A stretch of DNA of 49,234 bases, the filler included, from Jimgerdemannia flammicorona (lineage: Eukaryota), in assembly GCA_003990765.1 (NCBI GenBank). It is 2 parts of 2 records of this genome, joined end to end, with 100 filler letters (N's around TTAATTAATTAA, not from the genome) between each part and the next. Parts side by side here need not be neighbours in the genome. Positions count along the whole stretch, not along the records: positions 24,671 to 49,234 come from RBNJ01000957.1; 1 more part is not named here. One strand, given 5' to 3'. Position numbers and translations under genes: made by a program. The notes beneath the pieces are model-generated. The model searched no databases and had not been told where the DNA came from. It saw nothing but the letters and a program-made list of their open reading frames with translations. Below, one piece after another: positions 48,384 through 49,234 of this stretch. The number at the start of each line of letters is the position of its first letter. Position 1 is the stretch's first letter.

Positions 48384-49234
48384 AGTTGGTTTGTTGGTTG
48401 GAGGTAGTTCGAGGTGTCTGTGAGAGAGCATCTGCATTGGAATTTGTTCTTCCAGGGTGGTGCACGATGGTTACATCATAGGCTTGTAACTTCATTATCC
48501 ATCTGGTATAGATTCCCTTGGGTTGTCCAGTTGTCAGCAGCCAGGTGAGAGCTGAGTGGTCCATCTGGATGGTGAAGTGTCTTCTGGCCAGATAGTAGTG
48601 GAACTTTTCCACAGCCCATATGACTGCAAGGCATTCCAACTTGTAGGACTCATATTCTTTCTTAGCCCCTCGGGTTCTACAGCTAAGATATGCAATGACA
48701 TACTCTTTTTTGTCTTCTTTTTGAGCCAGGACTGCTCCTAGTCCCTGTGCGCTTGCATCCATCTGAAGGATAAATTCTTGGGTCCAATTGGGTCATCTGA
48801 GGATGGGTGTCTGAGTTAGTCTGACCTTGAGTTCGTCAAATGCTTTTTGTTGTCTGCCAGTCCACTGGAACTTGGTATTCTTCTTGTTGAGTTCGTAGAT
48901 TGGGCCTGCGATGTTGGAGAATCCTCTAATAAATCTGTGATAGTAGGAGGCAAGTCCCATGAAGGCTTGGGCTTCTGTGACGGTAGTGGGCCTTGGGTAT
49001 GCTACTACCGCTTGTATTTTGAGGGGGTCCGTGTGTGTTCCATCTCGATTGATGATATGGCCAAGATAGGAGATCTTGATTTCCGCAAACTTGCACTTCT
49101 TGGGTTTGATATAAAGGCCATGTTGTCTTAGTCTCTCCATTATCTGCTGTATGTGCTGCAGATGTTCCTCGGCCATCTTGCTGTAGATGATTACATCATT
49201 GACATAGACCATCATCCATCTTCCCATGTCATAG
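48376..49234 (-). pseudogene. E3 pol: RT C-terminal part and RNase H
   Basis: ORFs 48793-49227 and 48376-48762 are in frame, separated by one TGA (from CGA). Confidence 0.93.

Larger units (their letters stand above)
46224..49234 (-). mobile_element. Ty3/gypsy E3 (youngest-looking): RT-RH, separate IN, ORF-Y, 3' LTR ending TGTTACA
   Basis: VYVNDVII, MDASAQGLGAVL, IAMDVIGPL, GNGQVERTN. CpGs largely retained. Confidence 0.93.

Overview
Eukaryotic, probably fungal, nested-retroelement region; the taxon is inferred and cannot be proven from the sequence. I recognise no host gene. Contents: five L1/Tx1-type LINE copies (two near full length); one complete but decayed Ty1/copia element (short LTRs, 5-bp TSD, half-tRNA-type PBS); five partial Ty3/gypsy elements, four with a dUTPase; two full-length copies of a ~1.2-kb poly(A) non-autonomous retroposon with 15-bp TSDs; a hAT-like fold-back MITE; a 9-bp minisatellite; and an artificial scaffold gap at 24571-24670. 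Nearly all ORFs are broken by C>T/G>A stops. The most interesting signal is a gypsy lineage seen in three divergent copies (E1 24671-34296 +, E2 ~35610-41320 -, E3 46224-49234 -). In each, pol stops after RNase H, integrase starts at its own ATG, and a conserved uncharacterised accessory ORF follows. E1 also carries Zn-finger-like and F-box-like motifs upstream of its dUTPase. All alignments and translations were done by eye.
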